The position numbers were made by a program, and so were the translations under genes. This document shows, piece after piece, positions 24,517 through 38,301 of a stretch of DNA of 64,000 nucleotides (positions are counted from its first letter, which is position 1; each line of letters begins with the position of its first letter). The stretch is taken from NCBI GenBank assembly GCA_051294375.1, contig JBJCIZ010000239.1, positions 6,557,545 to 6,621,544 of the forward strand. The letters run 5' to 3'. The stretch is from Paraspadella gotoi. Lineage: Eukaryota > Animalia > Chaetognatha. The notes beneath the pieces were generated by a model. That model was not told the DNA's origin. It worked only from the letters and a program-made list of their open reading frames with translations, and ran no database searches.

Positions 24517-25421
24517 TAGTTTGGTGCGTGAATTGTTAGATACATTTATCAGAATGAAATTTAAAAACAATATCTGAATGATAATAATAAATAATAATTA
24601 ATACAATAATTAAGAGATCAATTCTTTTGGCAGACGGAAAAAAGGTGAAGAGCACGAAGGCGGAGTTTCATTGAATTGGAAACGGAGGAGGAGAGAAGGA
24701 GAGTTTACCAGATGGTGGAGCGGGAAGAGGAGAGAGGAAAAGAGGGACTGAGAGAGAAAAGAAGAGATGATGGTGATGAAGAGATGAGAGAGGACGACGC
24801 GGAGAGGGAGAGAGACGAGCAGAGAGGAGAACGGAGAGAGAGAGAGAGAGAGGAGATAAGAGNNNNNNNNNNNNNNNNNNNNNNNNNNNNNNNNNGAGAG
24901 AGAGAGAGAGAGAGCGCTCGCTTCACTCTGCCTTTACTCATCCCAGCATCAATCCGCAACAACATTTCCATTACTAAAATTTTATACTCTAATCTCTAAT
25001 TCTAATTCTAATTGTCTAATTATAATCTCTAATTCTAATCCTAATCTCTAATTCTAATTCTAATCTCTATTCTAATTCTAATTCTCTAATTCTTATCTCT
25101 AATTCTAATCTCTAATTCTACTCTTTACTCCAGTTTTCATTCTAATTTTCTTTCCACTCCTGTCTCCAACTTTGCTCTACTCTTCAGTCCAGTCTTTATT
25201 TCTATTTTTCATTCCTATCTTGATTCCATTCTTCACTCCAGGTTTCATTCTAATCTTCAGTTCACTTTTCACTCCAGTTTTCACTCCATTCTTCACTCCA
25301 GTTCTCAATCCTCACTTCTCCACTTCACTCCACCCACGGCCACACCTCCTAATCGGCATCTCCCACTTCGTCGATCTCCATCTGGCGTCGGCATCTCGCA
25401 ATCAACTCACCGGCATCTGTG

Positions 25422-25466
<45 letters not shown>

Positions 25467-25765
25467 CACCTGCCCTCTCCTCTTTTTTAATCTCCCCCAG
25501 AGCGCATCTCCGTTCGACCTGCACCCGTTCGACGCCCAATCAGTTCCGCGGCATCTGCGCCCTTTTTTTTGTTTCATGAGGCACCTGTCGTCTGTCGTCG
25601 TCGTCAGTCGTCGTCGTCGTCGTCGTCGTCGTTGTTGTTGTTGTCAAACAAGCTGACTGGTGAAGAATTCACAGTTTCACGCTCTCCTTTGATCTGTCTC
25701 AATCTTTCTTCAATCTCTCTCTCTCAGGAGAGAGAGAGAGAGAAAGAGAGAGAGAGAAGAGAGAG

Positions 25766-25841
<76 letters not shown>

Positions 25842-26494
25842 CAAGAAAGAAAGAAATAAAAAAAGAAAGCAATTCGCAGCAAGAACAAAAATAAACAAAA
25901 CACAACAAACAACAACAACAACAGATTTGTCAAATCGAGGAAGAGAGAAAAGAAGACAAAGACAAAGTTTTCGTTCGTATGAAATAATTACGTCCTTTTT
26001 AAAATCTGCAACGTTTCCAATTGAAGCACAAATCCAATATCTCTCTCTCTCTTCTTTTCCATCTCTTTCTCTCTCTCTTTTTCTCTCTCCTTTCTTTCTC
26101 TCTCTCTCTCTCTCTCTTCTCCTTCTCCTCCTCTCCTTCCTCTCTCCCTCTCCCTCTCTCCTCTCGTCTCTTCTCTCTCTCCCTCTTCTCCTCTATCTCT
26201 TCTCTCTCTCTCTTCGCTCTCTCCTCTCTTCTTACTCCTTTCTCTCTCTCCTCTTCTCTTCCTCTCTCTCTCTCTCTTCTACTAAAACTTTTGACTTTTA
26301 TATCGGTTTCGGCGAATTTTAGAAATGAAGGGAGGATGAGGAGGAGAGGAGGAAGAGAAGGATAGGAAGAGGAGGAGGAAGAGGAGGAAGGATGAAGTGT
26401 CCGCGAAGGTCGAGACGGAAGTGGAATTTTCTCTTGTCAAATTTAAACGTAAAACCGGAAATTCCATCTTTTTTCCACGTGAGTCAGCGACGAT

Positions 26495-26574
<80 letters not shown>

Positions 26575-26694
26575 AGATAGTAGAGTTTTAGGTTTCCTCA
26601 TCACACAATTTCGGAATTTGTTTTCATCGTAAACCTTATATTTCTTGAGAGAGAGAGGAAGAGAAGAGAGAGAGAGAAGAGAGAGAGAGAAGAG

Positions 26695-26744
<50 letters not shown>

Positions 26745-27010
26745 AGGAGAGAGATTGAAGAGACACTAAGACAGGATCAAAGGAGAGCGTGAAACTGTGA
26801 ATTCTTCACGCAGTCAGCTTGTTTGACAACAACAACAACGACGACGACGACGACGACGACGACTGACTGACGACGACGACAGACGACAGGTGCCTCATGA
26901 AACAAAAAAAGGGCGCAGATGCCGCGGAAACTGATTGGGCGTCGAACGGGTGCAGGTCGAACGGAGATGCGCTCTGGGGGGAGATTAAAAAAGAGGAGAG
27001 GGCAGGTGCT

Positions 27011-27058
<48 letters not shown>

Positions 27059-28234
27059 GCAGATGCCGCTGGTGAGTTGATTGGCGAGATGCGACGCCAG
27101 ATGGAGATCGACGAAGTGGAGATGCCGATTAGGAGGTGTGGCCGTGGGTGGAGTGAAGTGGAGAAGGTGAGGATTGAGACTGGAGTGAAGAATGGAGTGA
27201 AAACTGGAGTGAAAAGTGAACTGAAGATTAGAATGAAACCTGGAGTGAAGAATGGAATCAAGATGGAATGAAAAATAGAAAATAAAGACTGGACTGAAGA
27301 GTAGAGCAAAGTGAGAGACACGAGTGGAAAGAACTTAGAATGAAATCTCTCTACANNNNNNNNNNNNNNNNNNNNNNNNNCGTACGGCACCAGATCGAGG
27401 AAAATTCGATCGACTGAGTTTTAATGAATTTTAATGAGACGCCATCCCTAGAGACGACGACGACGACGACGACGCGACGACGACGACGACGATAAAGTTG
27501 ATACACTCTACTTGAAACACGGGGAGACAATTAGGACGAAGACGACGATGACGCATGACGATGACGATGACGAGAACGATGATATCAGAAACAATGACAT
27601 TAAGGATGACAGCACTGACTAATTGACTATGGTGGAGATGACAACAATGATGACGACGACGAAGACAGCAACAACGACGATGACGAGCAACGAGGACGAC
27701 GACGATGAACAACGACAACAACAACGACGACGACGACGAAAATTAGAAAGGTAAAACTCTTCTCTCTTTTATTCGCTCTTCGTTTTCGTTTACTCTCGAT
27801 TCGCAAATTGGATCGGACGCTCGGCTAATTTAAAGGAGACAAACGGACTTTGAGAGAAAACGGATATAGAGACAGACGGACGGAGAGAAACTGATCGAGA
27901 AGCAAAAAGAAAATGGAGTTTAAGTTCAAGTCTAAGACTCTCATTTCGTCCGTAATAAGATATTACATAGTCCTAGTCTAAGACGCTAATTTGCTTTTTA
28001 TATAGTATTGCATTGTCTATACTATATATTATGAAAGTTGCAAAATTACTTGTTTCACTACTTTAGATATTTAGATTTAAAATAAGTATTATTTATTATA
28101 TAATACATAGTCCAAGTCTATGCTCAAGACTTTGATGTGCTTCAATACTACATGGTCAAAGTCCATATTACATAGTCCATTGTCCACATAACATAGTCCA
28201 TATTTCAAAGCTCTTTTTTGATTCGAATATACAA

Positions 28235-28835
28235 TAGAGCGTAGTAAAAGTTACGTACGGAAATTCTAAAAGTTAATTATGAACAACATACTATATCATG
28301 AACATTAATTTTTTAACAAAATTAATTTTATGTTTTTTTAATTTTTAATTTTATGTATAGTACTATCCTTATAAAATCGAAAAATTTTATAATAGGCTTT
28401 CTTAATTTTGATTGCAGATTTGAATTCCTCGTCAAAAGTTGATAAAAGAAATATAAATCTATTTATTTAAAAATTCTTTCATTAAGTGGGTTAAAAATTA
28501 AAAAAAACAATATTTAATATATAAAAAATAATTTTCAGTTTAAAATATATTTTTTTCTAATTTTTGACCCATTAATAAAGGAATTTTCAAAAGGAGTTTA
28601 TTTCTTTTATCAACTTTTTATGACGAATCCAAATCTGCAAAAAAATATTAAAAAAAACTGTTTGAAATTTTAAAATCTATTGGATTAGATACTAGTATAA
28701 ATATGGCCTCCTGCATAAATTGTAAAATTTATTAAAATTTTTTTTATACATAAATGTTCATTAGTATAATGTTGTTCATTCCTCACTTTTAAAATTTTTA
28801 ATTAAAGTTAAATTTCGAAATTTTACAAACCCTTA
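28235..28835. mobile_element. hAT-type MITE family F, copy 1 (601 bp)
   Basis: Termini TAGAGCGTAGTAAAA and TTTTACAAACCCTTA, flanked by ATATACAA on both sides. Confidence 0.7.
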
Positions 28836-28979
28836 ATATACAATACATATATTAATAACAAATAATATTGTTTATTTCATTAAAGGTAGTCCGACCCCTT
28901 AAAATCGACTCCGTCGTTCAATTCACTATTTCACTTACCCGCCAGAAACTTACCTCCTCTTCTTCCTGCTTTATTCCTT

Positions 28980-29069
<90 letters not shown>

Positions 29070-29727
29070 CTCTCTTCCTTTCTCCTCTCATTCTATTCAC
29101 ATCTCCCTCTACTCCCTCCCTCTCCTCTCTCCTCTCCTTTCTTCGTCTCTCTCAATAAAACTTTTGACTCTTTATATCGTTTTCGCGAAATTTTAGAAAT
29201 GAAGGGCACGGATTGAGGAGGAGGAGGAGGAAGAGAAGCGAATAGGAAGAGGAGGAGGAAAGAGGAGGAGGAGGATGAGTGTCCGCTGAAGGTCGAGACG
29301 GAAGTGGAATTTTCTCTTGTCAAATTTAAACGTAAAACCGGAAATTCCATCTTTTTTTCCACGTGAGTCAGCGACGATAGAAAAAGAGCAGAGAGAGCCC
29401 AGAGAGAGAGGAGAGAGGAGAGAGAGAGGAGAGAGAGAGAGGAGAGAGAGAGGAGAAGATCAGTAGAGTTTATTAGGTTTCCTCATCCACAAATTTGGAA
29501 AATTTGTTTTCTAATCGTAAACCTTAATATTTCTTCTATGACGAGAGAGAGAGAGATAGAGAAAGAGAGAGAGAAGAGAGAGGGAGAAGAGAGAAGAGAG
29601 AGGAGAGAGAGAGAGACGCCGAGAGAGAGAGAGAGAGAAATCCTTCCTTCTGTCGTTCGAATCGTCGGACCAGATCGAGAAATTCATTCGATGAGTTTTA
29701 ATGAATTTTAATGAGACGCCATCTAGA

Positions 29728-29765
<38 letters not shown>

Positions 29766-30500
29766 TAAAGTTGATACACTCTACTTGAAACACGGGAGAC
29801 AATTAGGACGAAGACGACGATGACGATGACGATGACGATGACGAGAACGATGATATCAGAAACAATGACATTAAGGATGACAGCACTGACTAATTGACTA
29901 TGGTGGAGATGACAACAATGATGACGACGACGAAGACAGCAACAACGACGATGACAGCAACGAGGACGACGACGATGAACAACGACAACAACAACGACGA
30001 CGACGACGAAAATTAGAAAGGTAAACTCTTCTCTCTTTTATTCGCTCTTCGTTTTCGTTTACTCTCGATTCGCAAATTGGATCGGACGCGTCGGCTAATT
30101 TAAAGGGAGACAAACGGACTTTGAGAAAACGGATATAGAGACAGACGGACGGAGAAACTGATCGAGAAGCAAAAAGAAATGGAGTTTAAGTTCAAGTCTA
30201 AGACTCTCATTCGTCCGTAATAAGATATTACATAGTCCTAGTCTAAGACGCTAATTTGCTTTTATATTATGTATTGCATTGTCTATACTATATATTATGA
30301 AAGTTGCAAAATTACTTGTTTCACTATCTTTAGATATTTAGATTTAAAATAAGTATTATTTATTATATAATACATAGTCCAAGTCTATGCTCAAGACTTT
30401 GATGTGCTTCAATACTACATGGTCAAAGTCCATATTACATAGTCCATTGTCCACATAACATAGTCCATATTTCAAAGCTCTTTTTTGATTCGATATACAA

Positions 30501-31101
30501 TAGAGCGTAGTAAAAGTTACGTACGGAAATTCTAAAAGTTAATTATGAACAACATACTATCAGTGAACATTAATTTTTAACAAAATTAATTTTATGTTTT
30601 TTTAATTTTTTAATTTTATGTATAGTACTATCCTTATAAAATCGAAAAATTTTATAATAGGCTTTTCTTAATTTTGATTGCAGATTTGAATTCCTCGTCA
30701 AAAGTTGATAAAAGAAATATAAATCATTTTTAAAAATTCTTTCATTAAGTGGGTTAAAAATTAAAAAAACAATATTTAATATATAAAAAAATAATTTTCA
30801 GTTTAAAATATATTTTTTTCTAATTTTTGACCCATTTAATAAAGGAATTTTTCAAAAGGAGTTATATTTCTTTTTATCAACTTTTTATGACGAATCCAAA
30901 TCTGCAAAAAAATATTTAAAAAAACTGTTTTGAAATTTTAAAATCTATTGGATTAGTACTAGTATAAATATGGCCTCCTGCATAAATTGTAAAATTTATT
31001 AAAATTTTTTTTATACATAAATGTTCATTAGTATAATGTTGTTCATTCCTCACTTTTAAAATTTTAATTAAAGTTAAATTTCGAAATTTTACAACGCCTT
31101 A
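30501..31101. mobile_element. hAT-type MITE family F, copy 2 (601 bp)
   Basis: Imperfect TIRs TAGAGCGTAGTAAAA / TTTTACAACGCCTTA with a perfect 8-bp TSD ATATACAA (30493-30500, 31102-31109). Internal inverted modules run through the element. An indel-rich third copy lies at 41334-41980. Confidence 0.8.
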
Positions 31102-31262
31102 ATATACAATACATATTATTAATAACAAATAATTATTGTTATTTTCATTAAAGGTAGTCCGACCCCTTAAAATCGACTCCGTCGTTCAATTCACTATTTC
31201 ACTTATCCAGGAACTTTTACCTCCTCTTCTTCCTGCCTATTCCTTTCTCTCCCTTTCTCTCT

Positions 31263-31301
<39 letters not shown>

Positions 31302-32611
31302 CTCTCTCTCTCTCTCTTCTCTCCTCTCTCTCCTTCTCGTCTTCCTCTTCCTTCCTCTCTCACAACCTCCTCCTCAGAGGAGAGAATCGGTGACTCGAGT
31401 TTCACAAAGTCGAAGTTAATGAAAAAAATATTGGATCTACGACGACGACGACGACAAAAGCTGCTCCAGCGATCTCGGTCCCTTTTTAGTTGTTGTTGTT
31501 GTTGTTATTGTTATTATTGTTGTTATTGTGATTGTTGTTTTTTCAGTTGTTTTTCTTCTTGGTTTTCTTAGTAGTTTTTGTTATTGATGGGTTTTTTGGT
31601 TTTTTTTTTGCTCTTGTTGTTGTTTTTGTTGTTTATAAAATTGGTACAACCACTATAATGTTTTTAATTATTTTTTTCTTATAAAACTATTCAATAATTT
31701 AATGAATAAGCAGCACCTGACTTTGGACAGGATTAAAGCTTTCAATAAAGACTCTCTCACGGTTCCAGAGTCCAAGTATGATTTTTTCCCTGTCAATAAA
31801 ATGATATAATATTTCGTTAAAGTTTCAACTGTTTCTGAGGTGATGTTGTTGGTGTCGTTGTCTTTGTCTTCGACATTTTTGTTGTTGTTGTCATCATCGT
31901 CTTGTTTGTCCTTTGTCGTTGTCGGACGTTGTTGTCGTTGTATGTCCTTGTCTGTCCTTTGTCCCTTGTTTGTCCTTGTCTCTCCTTTGTCGTTGTTTAT
32001 CCCTGTTTTTCGTCGCGTCTCTCGCCGATTTCTCTCTCGTTTGTTTGCAAATCGTTTTCAACGAAGTTTTGTCGTGACCGAATCGCTGCCTCCTCCGCCG
32101 CCAACGCCGCCGCCGCCGCCGCCCGCCGCCGTCAATGTTGTTTTGTTGTCGCCGTCGTTGTTCATTTCTTCTTTTTTTTGTTTACGTCGTCGTCGTCGTC
32201 GTCGTCGTCGCCGAGTGAAGTCGAGACCAAAAAGGTCGCGAATGTTGAAAAGAGTCGCCCGGATGTAACTGAGCGTAGGCGAGAATAGTTGTGGGGAAAG
32301 ATGGCGAATTAGATGTGGGCGGGGGTGTGGCTAAAGGTTTTGGGTGGGGAAGGTGGGTAGTAGGGCGTTGAAAAATAACGAAATATAACAAATCCTTTGT
32401 TGTTGTTTAATTCCCTGTTTTTTCGTCCGCGTCTCTCAGCGATTTACTCTTCTCGTGATCGTCGTGTTGTACTTGACATCAAACAAACAACAATTTTAAT
32501 TATCCGACATCAAAATCAAGAGCGAAAGGATTAACAAGGATTGTTTAAAGACTAACATCTCTACTCTATCAGATTCCTCCTCATAATCTCCTCTCTTCCT
32601 CTCTCTCTCTC

Positions 32612-32658
<47 letters not shown>

Positions 32659-32699
32659 CCTCCTTCGTTCTTCCCTTCTCTCCCACTTTTTTAAAGGAG

Positions 32700-32810
32700 T
32701 TGAAGTATGGGCCGGCGGCCGGAAGTTCCGGCGACATGGGCGCCGGCCGGAAAAGCGACCGATTCAGAGGCCGGCGCCGACGCATGCGTGCTGACGCCAA
32801 TTGACATCTG
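32700..32810. promoter_or_regulatory. CpG-rich promoter-like element (ETS, NRF1-like, CRE half-site)
   Basis: CCGGAAGTTCCGG (32719-32731), ACGCATGCGT (32780-32789) and TGACGCCA. An inverted duplicate lies at 45836-45950. Confidence 0.45.
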
Positions 32811-32844
32811 AGGCAGAAAACGGAAAAGGAGAGAGGAGAGAGAC

Positions 32845-32943
<99 letters not shown>

Positions 32944-33051
32944 CGCGTTGGAAAACCGGAAAAGATTGAAGAACAAAAGAGTGTGAGACCAGCTTCGCTC
33001 TTTCTCCTTTCTCATATGCTACGCAAGAATTGCTCTCTCTCTCTCTCTCTC

Positions 33052-33109
<58 letters not shown>

Positions 33110-33730
33110 CTCTATTCTTTCATCACTATAACTATATTTCCGTCATATTGATCCTAATAATAGTACCGATGCCAAAAGTAAAATAATGATGGGAATAATA
33201 ATCAAAATAATCAAATATCGATTTTGTATCAAAAGATTATAATTTTAATGTTTTTAAAAAACAAAATTTGTAGGCAAGTCGCCCACTAAAATTAAATGTG
33301 ACACTCGTTGGCCAAGCGGTTGTCTACTCTCTTTATATGAAAATTTCACTATTTTAGGTTTAAGTTTGGATATATTAACACACGTGATTTTATTCTTTTC
33401 ATTTATGTACATTTAATTGCCCAAAATTTCCAAATTCTTTTTTTTTTTAATTTTCGAACAGTTTATTAAACCTTGTGGTTGTGCAGATGATCTCTCTAAT
33501 TCCAGAAGACAACACAAACGTTCCACCCACCAAAATTAATTCTTAGAATTTTAAAATACTAAACGAAAAGGATTTTCTTAATTAAACATAATTTTATTAC
33601 TTTACTAAAATCTATTTCGTTGGTTGTCATTCATCGAGTGAAATCGTTTAAAACTGGAATCACTTTTTCCCACTCATTCACATCAACCGCCTACTCCTTC
33701 ATCGCTCACTCACTCACTCATCCCGACGTT

Positions 33731-33830
33731 CAGCGCCATCAGCGCCACAAGAGGTCGACGCGCGACTAACGTCACGTGGCGAGAGGAGAGGGGAGCGTGA
33801 GGGGGACTAAAACGACATCTAGTGGCGGCG
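33731..33830. promoter_or_regulatory. CTCF-like motifs plus E-box
   Basis: GCCACTAGATGTCGT on the minus strand (33812-33826), GCCACAAGAGGTCG (33744-33757) and GTCACGTG (33771-33778). Duplicates occur at ~36880-36980 and ~44760-44870. Confidence 0.35.
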
Positions 33831-34138
33831 AAATCTGGTCTGTAGTAGAAAACCTTTTTCGGTTGTATTTTTATTTTTATTTAAATATATTTATTTTTTA
33901 AAGATTACAACCCAAATTACCCACGCCTTTCCTCCATTAACCTCCAAACATTACCACCCGTCTCTCAGCTCACATCTTTTTATCATCCACATTCCCCCCC
34001 CTACTCTTTCACTCACCTGAGTCGCGCATCCTTCTAACTCACCCACTATATTCTGCGACCATTCTCCAATGCTCTCAGCATCGCCCACACTTACCCCCAC
34101 ATCGCCCACACTTCCCCAACCCCTTCACATCTACCCAC

Positions 34139-35082
34139 TAGAGCGTTGAAAAATAACAAAATATAACAAATCAAGTGAGGTACATAGCTATTTTAGTGTA
34201 ATGTAGTCAGTAGAATTCGATGGTGATGACCATTTTTTGTTATAATTTATCTTTCTTGTCGGAAATGACGGTTTTTAATGTATATAAAATTGTTATAAAA
34301 TAGCAAAAGTTATGATAAATCAAATTATTAAAATTTTATAAAATTTATATGAGCTTTTGAAATATAAAAATAAAGACTTATAAAGATATTTTGGTAAGTT
34401 TATTTCTAAATTTTATGTTTTATAAAAAGTTAGTTAACTATATTTATTAATAATTATGAGTAAAAATTGGGTTATAAGTTAAAAATTAATATTTTCAAAA
34501 TTTTTTTCATGGATTTGCATTCTTTGCAAAAAGTTGATTTTAGAAGATATATTTTTTATATCAAAATTATGTTATTAAGTTGGTCAAAATTCAGAAACAC
34601 TATAATTTTAAACCAAAATTGAAAAATTAAACAAAAATAATAGTTTTTAATATTTTTAACCTACTTAATGAAAGACTTTTTTAAAATGGATTATACTTTC
34701 TGATATCAACTTTTTGTAAGGAATTCAAATCCGGTTTTAAAATTTTTAATTTTTTATTTTTTCACTTTAGCTTATTTTTTTATTATTATTTATTAATAAT
34801 ATAGCTAACAAACTATTAATAAAAATATAAAATTTGTAAATAAACTTACCAAAATATGTATATGGGTCTTTATTTTCATATATGTAAGTTAATATGGCTT
34901 ATCTTAATAATTTGAGTCTCTTATACTCTACAATGTTTGCTCCATTTTAATAGCACCTTTATGCTGAAAAAAATCGCCATTTCCGACAAAGAAGATGAGA
35001 CTATACAAAAAAATGGTTATCATCATCGAATTCTACAGACTTTATTACACTAAAATAGCTATGTACCTCACTTGATTTTGTG
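34139..35082. mobile_element. hAT-type MITE family K (~970 bp), right tip lost in a gap
   Basis: Long TIR TAG(A/G)GCGTTGAAAAATAAC(A/G)AAATATAACAAATCAAGTGAGGTACATAGC… of ~150 bp. The left flank is CTACCCAC (34131-34138). The opposite flank, read at 32353-32360, is GTGGGTAG, the same 8-mer in reverse complement. Confidence 0.8.
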
Positions 35083-35107
35083 NNNNNNNNNNNNNNNNNN
35101 NNNNNNN

Positions 35108-36037
35108 ATCACAAGTGAGGACATACTACTTATTTTAGTGTAATGTAGCAGTAGAATTCGATGGTGATGACCATTTTTTTGTATATTTATCTTTCTTGTC
35201 GGAAATGACGGTTTTTAATGTATATAAATTGTTATAAAATAGCAAAAGTTATGATAAATCAAATTATTAAAATTTATAAAATTTATATGAGCTTTTGAAA
35301 TATAAAAATAAAGACTTATAAAGATATTTTGGTAAGTTTATTTCTAAATTTTATGTTTTTTATAAAAGTTAGTTAACTATATTTATTAATAATTATGAGT
35401 AAAATAGGGTTAAAGTTAAAAATTAATATTTTCAAAATTTTTTTCATGGATTTGCATTCTTGCAAAAAGTTGATTTAGAAGATATAATTTTTATATCAAA
35501 ATTATGTTATTAGTTGGTCAAAATTCAGAAACACTATATTTTAAACCAAAATATGAAAAATTAAACAAAAATAATAGTTTTTAATATTTTTAACCTACTT
35601 ATGAAAGACTTTTTTAAAATGGATATACTTTCTGATATCAACTTTTTGTAAGGAATTCAAATCCGGTTTAAAAATTTTAATTTTTTATTTTTTCACTTTA
35701 GCTTATTTTTTATTATTATTTATTAATAAATATAGCTAACAAACTATTAATAAAATATAAAATTTGTAAATAACTTACCAAAATATGTATATGGGTCTTT
35801 ATTTTCATATTATGTAAGTTAAATATGGCTTATCTTAATAATTTGAGTCTCTTATACTCTACAATGTTTGCTCCATTTTAATAGCACCTTATATGCTGCA
35901 AAAATCGCCATCCGACAAAGAAGATGAGACTATTACAAAAAAATGGTTATCATCATCGAATTCTACAGACTTTATTACACTAAATAAGCTATGTACTCAC
36001 TTGATTTGTGTATATTTCGTTATTTTTCAACGCCCTA
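35108..36037. mobile_element. MITE family K, second copy across a 25-N gap
   Basis: Near-identical direct copy of 34170-35082. It ends …TTTTTCAACGCCCTA and is followed by CTACCAC. Confidence 0.75.
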
Positions 36038-37895
36038 CTACCACCTTCCCCACCCAAAACCTTTAGCCACACCCCCGCCCACATCTAATTCGCCATCTTT
36101 CCCCACAACTATTCTCGCCTACGCTCAGTTACATCCGGGCGACTCTTTTCAACATTCGCGACCTTTTTGGTCTCGACTTCACTCGGCGACGACGACGACG
36201 ACGACGACGACGTAAACAAAAAAAAGAAGAAATGAACAACGACGGCGACAACAAAACAACATTGACGGCGGCGGGCGGCGGCGGCGGCGGCGTTGGCGGC
36301 GGAGGAGGCAGCGATTCGGTCACGACAAAACTTCGTTGAAAACGATTTGCAAACAAACGAGAGAGAAATCGGCGAGAGACGCGACGAAAAACAGGGATAA
36401 ACAACGACAAAGGAGAGACAAGGACAAACAAGGGACAAAGGACAGACAAGACATACAACGACAACAACGCGACAACGACAAAGGACAAACAAGACGATGA
36501 TGACAACAACAACAAAAATGTCGAAGACAAAGACACTTTGTTATATTTTGTTATTTTTCAACGCTCTAGTGGGTAGATGTGAAGGGGTTGGGGGAAGTGT
36601 GGGCGATGTGGGGGTAAGTGTGGGCGATGCTGAGAGCATTGGAGAATGGTCGCAGAATATGTGGGTGAGTTAGAAGGATGCGCGACTCAGGTGAGTGAAA
36701 GAGTAGGGGGGGGGAATGTGGATGATAAAAAGATGTGAGCTGAGAGACGGGTGGGTAATGTTTGGAGGTTAAGTGGAGGAAAGGCGTGGGTAATTTGGGT
36801 TGTAATCTTTAAAAAATAAATATATTTAAATAAAATTAAAATACAACCGAAAAAGGTTTTCTACTACAGACCAGATTTCGCCGCCACTAGATGTCGTTTT
36901 AGTCCCCCTCACGCTCCCCCTCTCCTCTCGCCACGTGACGTTAGTCGCGCGTCGACCTCTTGTGGCGCTGATGGCGCTGAACGTCGGATGAGTGAGTGAG
37001 TGAGCGATGAAGGAGTAAGGCGGTTGATGTGAATGAGTGGGAAAAAGTGATTCCAGTTTTAAACGATTTCACTCGATGAATGACAACCAACGAAATAGAT
37101 TTTAGTAAAGTAATAAAATTATGTTAATTGAAGAAAATCCTTTTCGTTTAGTATTTTAAAATTCTAAGAATTAATTTTGGGGGTGGGAACGTTTGTGTTG
37201 TCTTCTGGAATTAGAGAGATCATCTGCACAACACAAGGTTAATAAACTGGTTCGAAAATTAAAAAAAAAAGAATTTGGAAATTTTGGGCAATTAAATGTA
37301 CATAAATGAAAAGAATAAAATCACGTGTGTTAATATATCCAAACTAAAAAACCTAAAATAGTGAAATTTTCATATAAAGAGAGTAGACAACCGCTTGGGC
37401 AACGAGTGTCACATTTAATTTTAGTGGGCGACTTGCCTACAAATTTTGTTTTTTTAAAAAACATTAAAATTATAATCTTTTGATACAAAATCGATATTTG
37501 ATTATTTTGATTATTATCCCATCATTATTTTACTTTTGGCATTCGGTACTATCATTAGGATCAATATGACGGAAATATAGTTATAGTGAATGAAAGAGAG
37601 AGAGGAGAGACGAGAGAGACGATAAGCGCACTAATTCTTAACAAAGTGTTCACCCTCGTTTCCCCTCCCTGTCTTTATCCTTTTCCCCTCTCTCTCTCAT
37701 CTCTCTTCCGACCAAAGCGAAAAAATGGGCAGGTCAATTAGCGTCGAGCAGAGAGAGCATCTGTATCCCTTTGAGTGCATTCATAGGGAGGATATGACGG
37801 TTACAATTGCAGAAAACCTGCCTTCCAGCATCATTCAACTGGTTCCTCTTAATTTCATTTTCTGTCTCTCTCTTATCTCTCTCTCTCATTCCTCT

Positions 37896-37931
<36 letters not shown>

Positions 37932-38269
37932 GCTTCTCTCTCTCTCTCTGCATAACCAATTATTTTGGTTAGTTTGTGCGTGAATTGTTAGATACAATTT
38001 ATCCCAGAATGAAATTAAAAACAATATCTGGAATGATAATAATAAAATAATAATTAACTACATAATTAACTAAAAACACAATTGAAGCGAGTGTTCTTGT
38101 GATAATTGCAGATGATAACAGATTGATTGCAGATTGATGGCAGATGATTCATGTATGGCAGACGGAAAAGGTGGAGAGCACGAAGGCGGAGTTCATTGAT
38201 TGGAAACGGATGAGGATCAGAGGGAGGCGGGAAGAGAGAGAGAGCGAGAGAAAGAGAGAGATGAGAGAC

Positions 38270-38301
<32 letters not shown>

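Noticed and set aside
22641-24577. Long ORFs of 191-473 aa
   Set aside because: They come from the 48-bp minisatellite, AG repeats and the N gap.
30146-30165. Similarity to miR-184 (GGACGGAGAAACTGAT)
   Set aside because: It has an extra base and a mismatched 3' end, and there is no complementary arm to form a precursor hairpin.
31840-32288. Pro/Arg-rich ORFs, also at 36109-36536 and 42829-43311
   Set aside because: They derive from GCC/GTC/GTT microsatellites, both strands are open, and frames are not conserved between copies.
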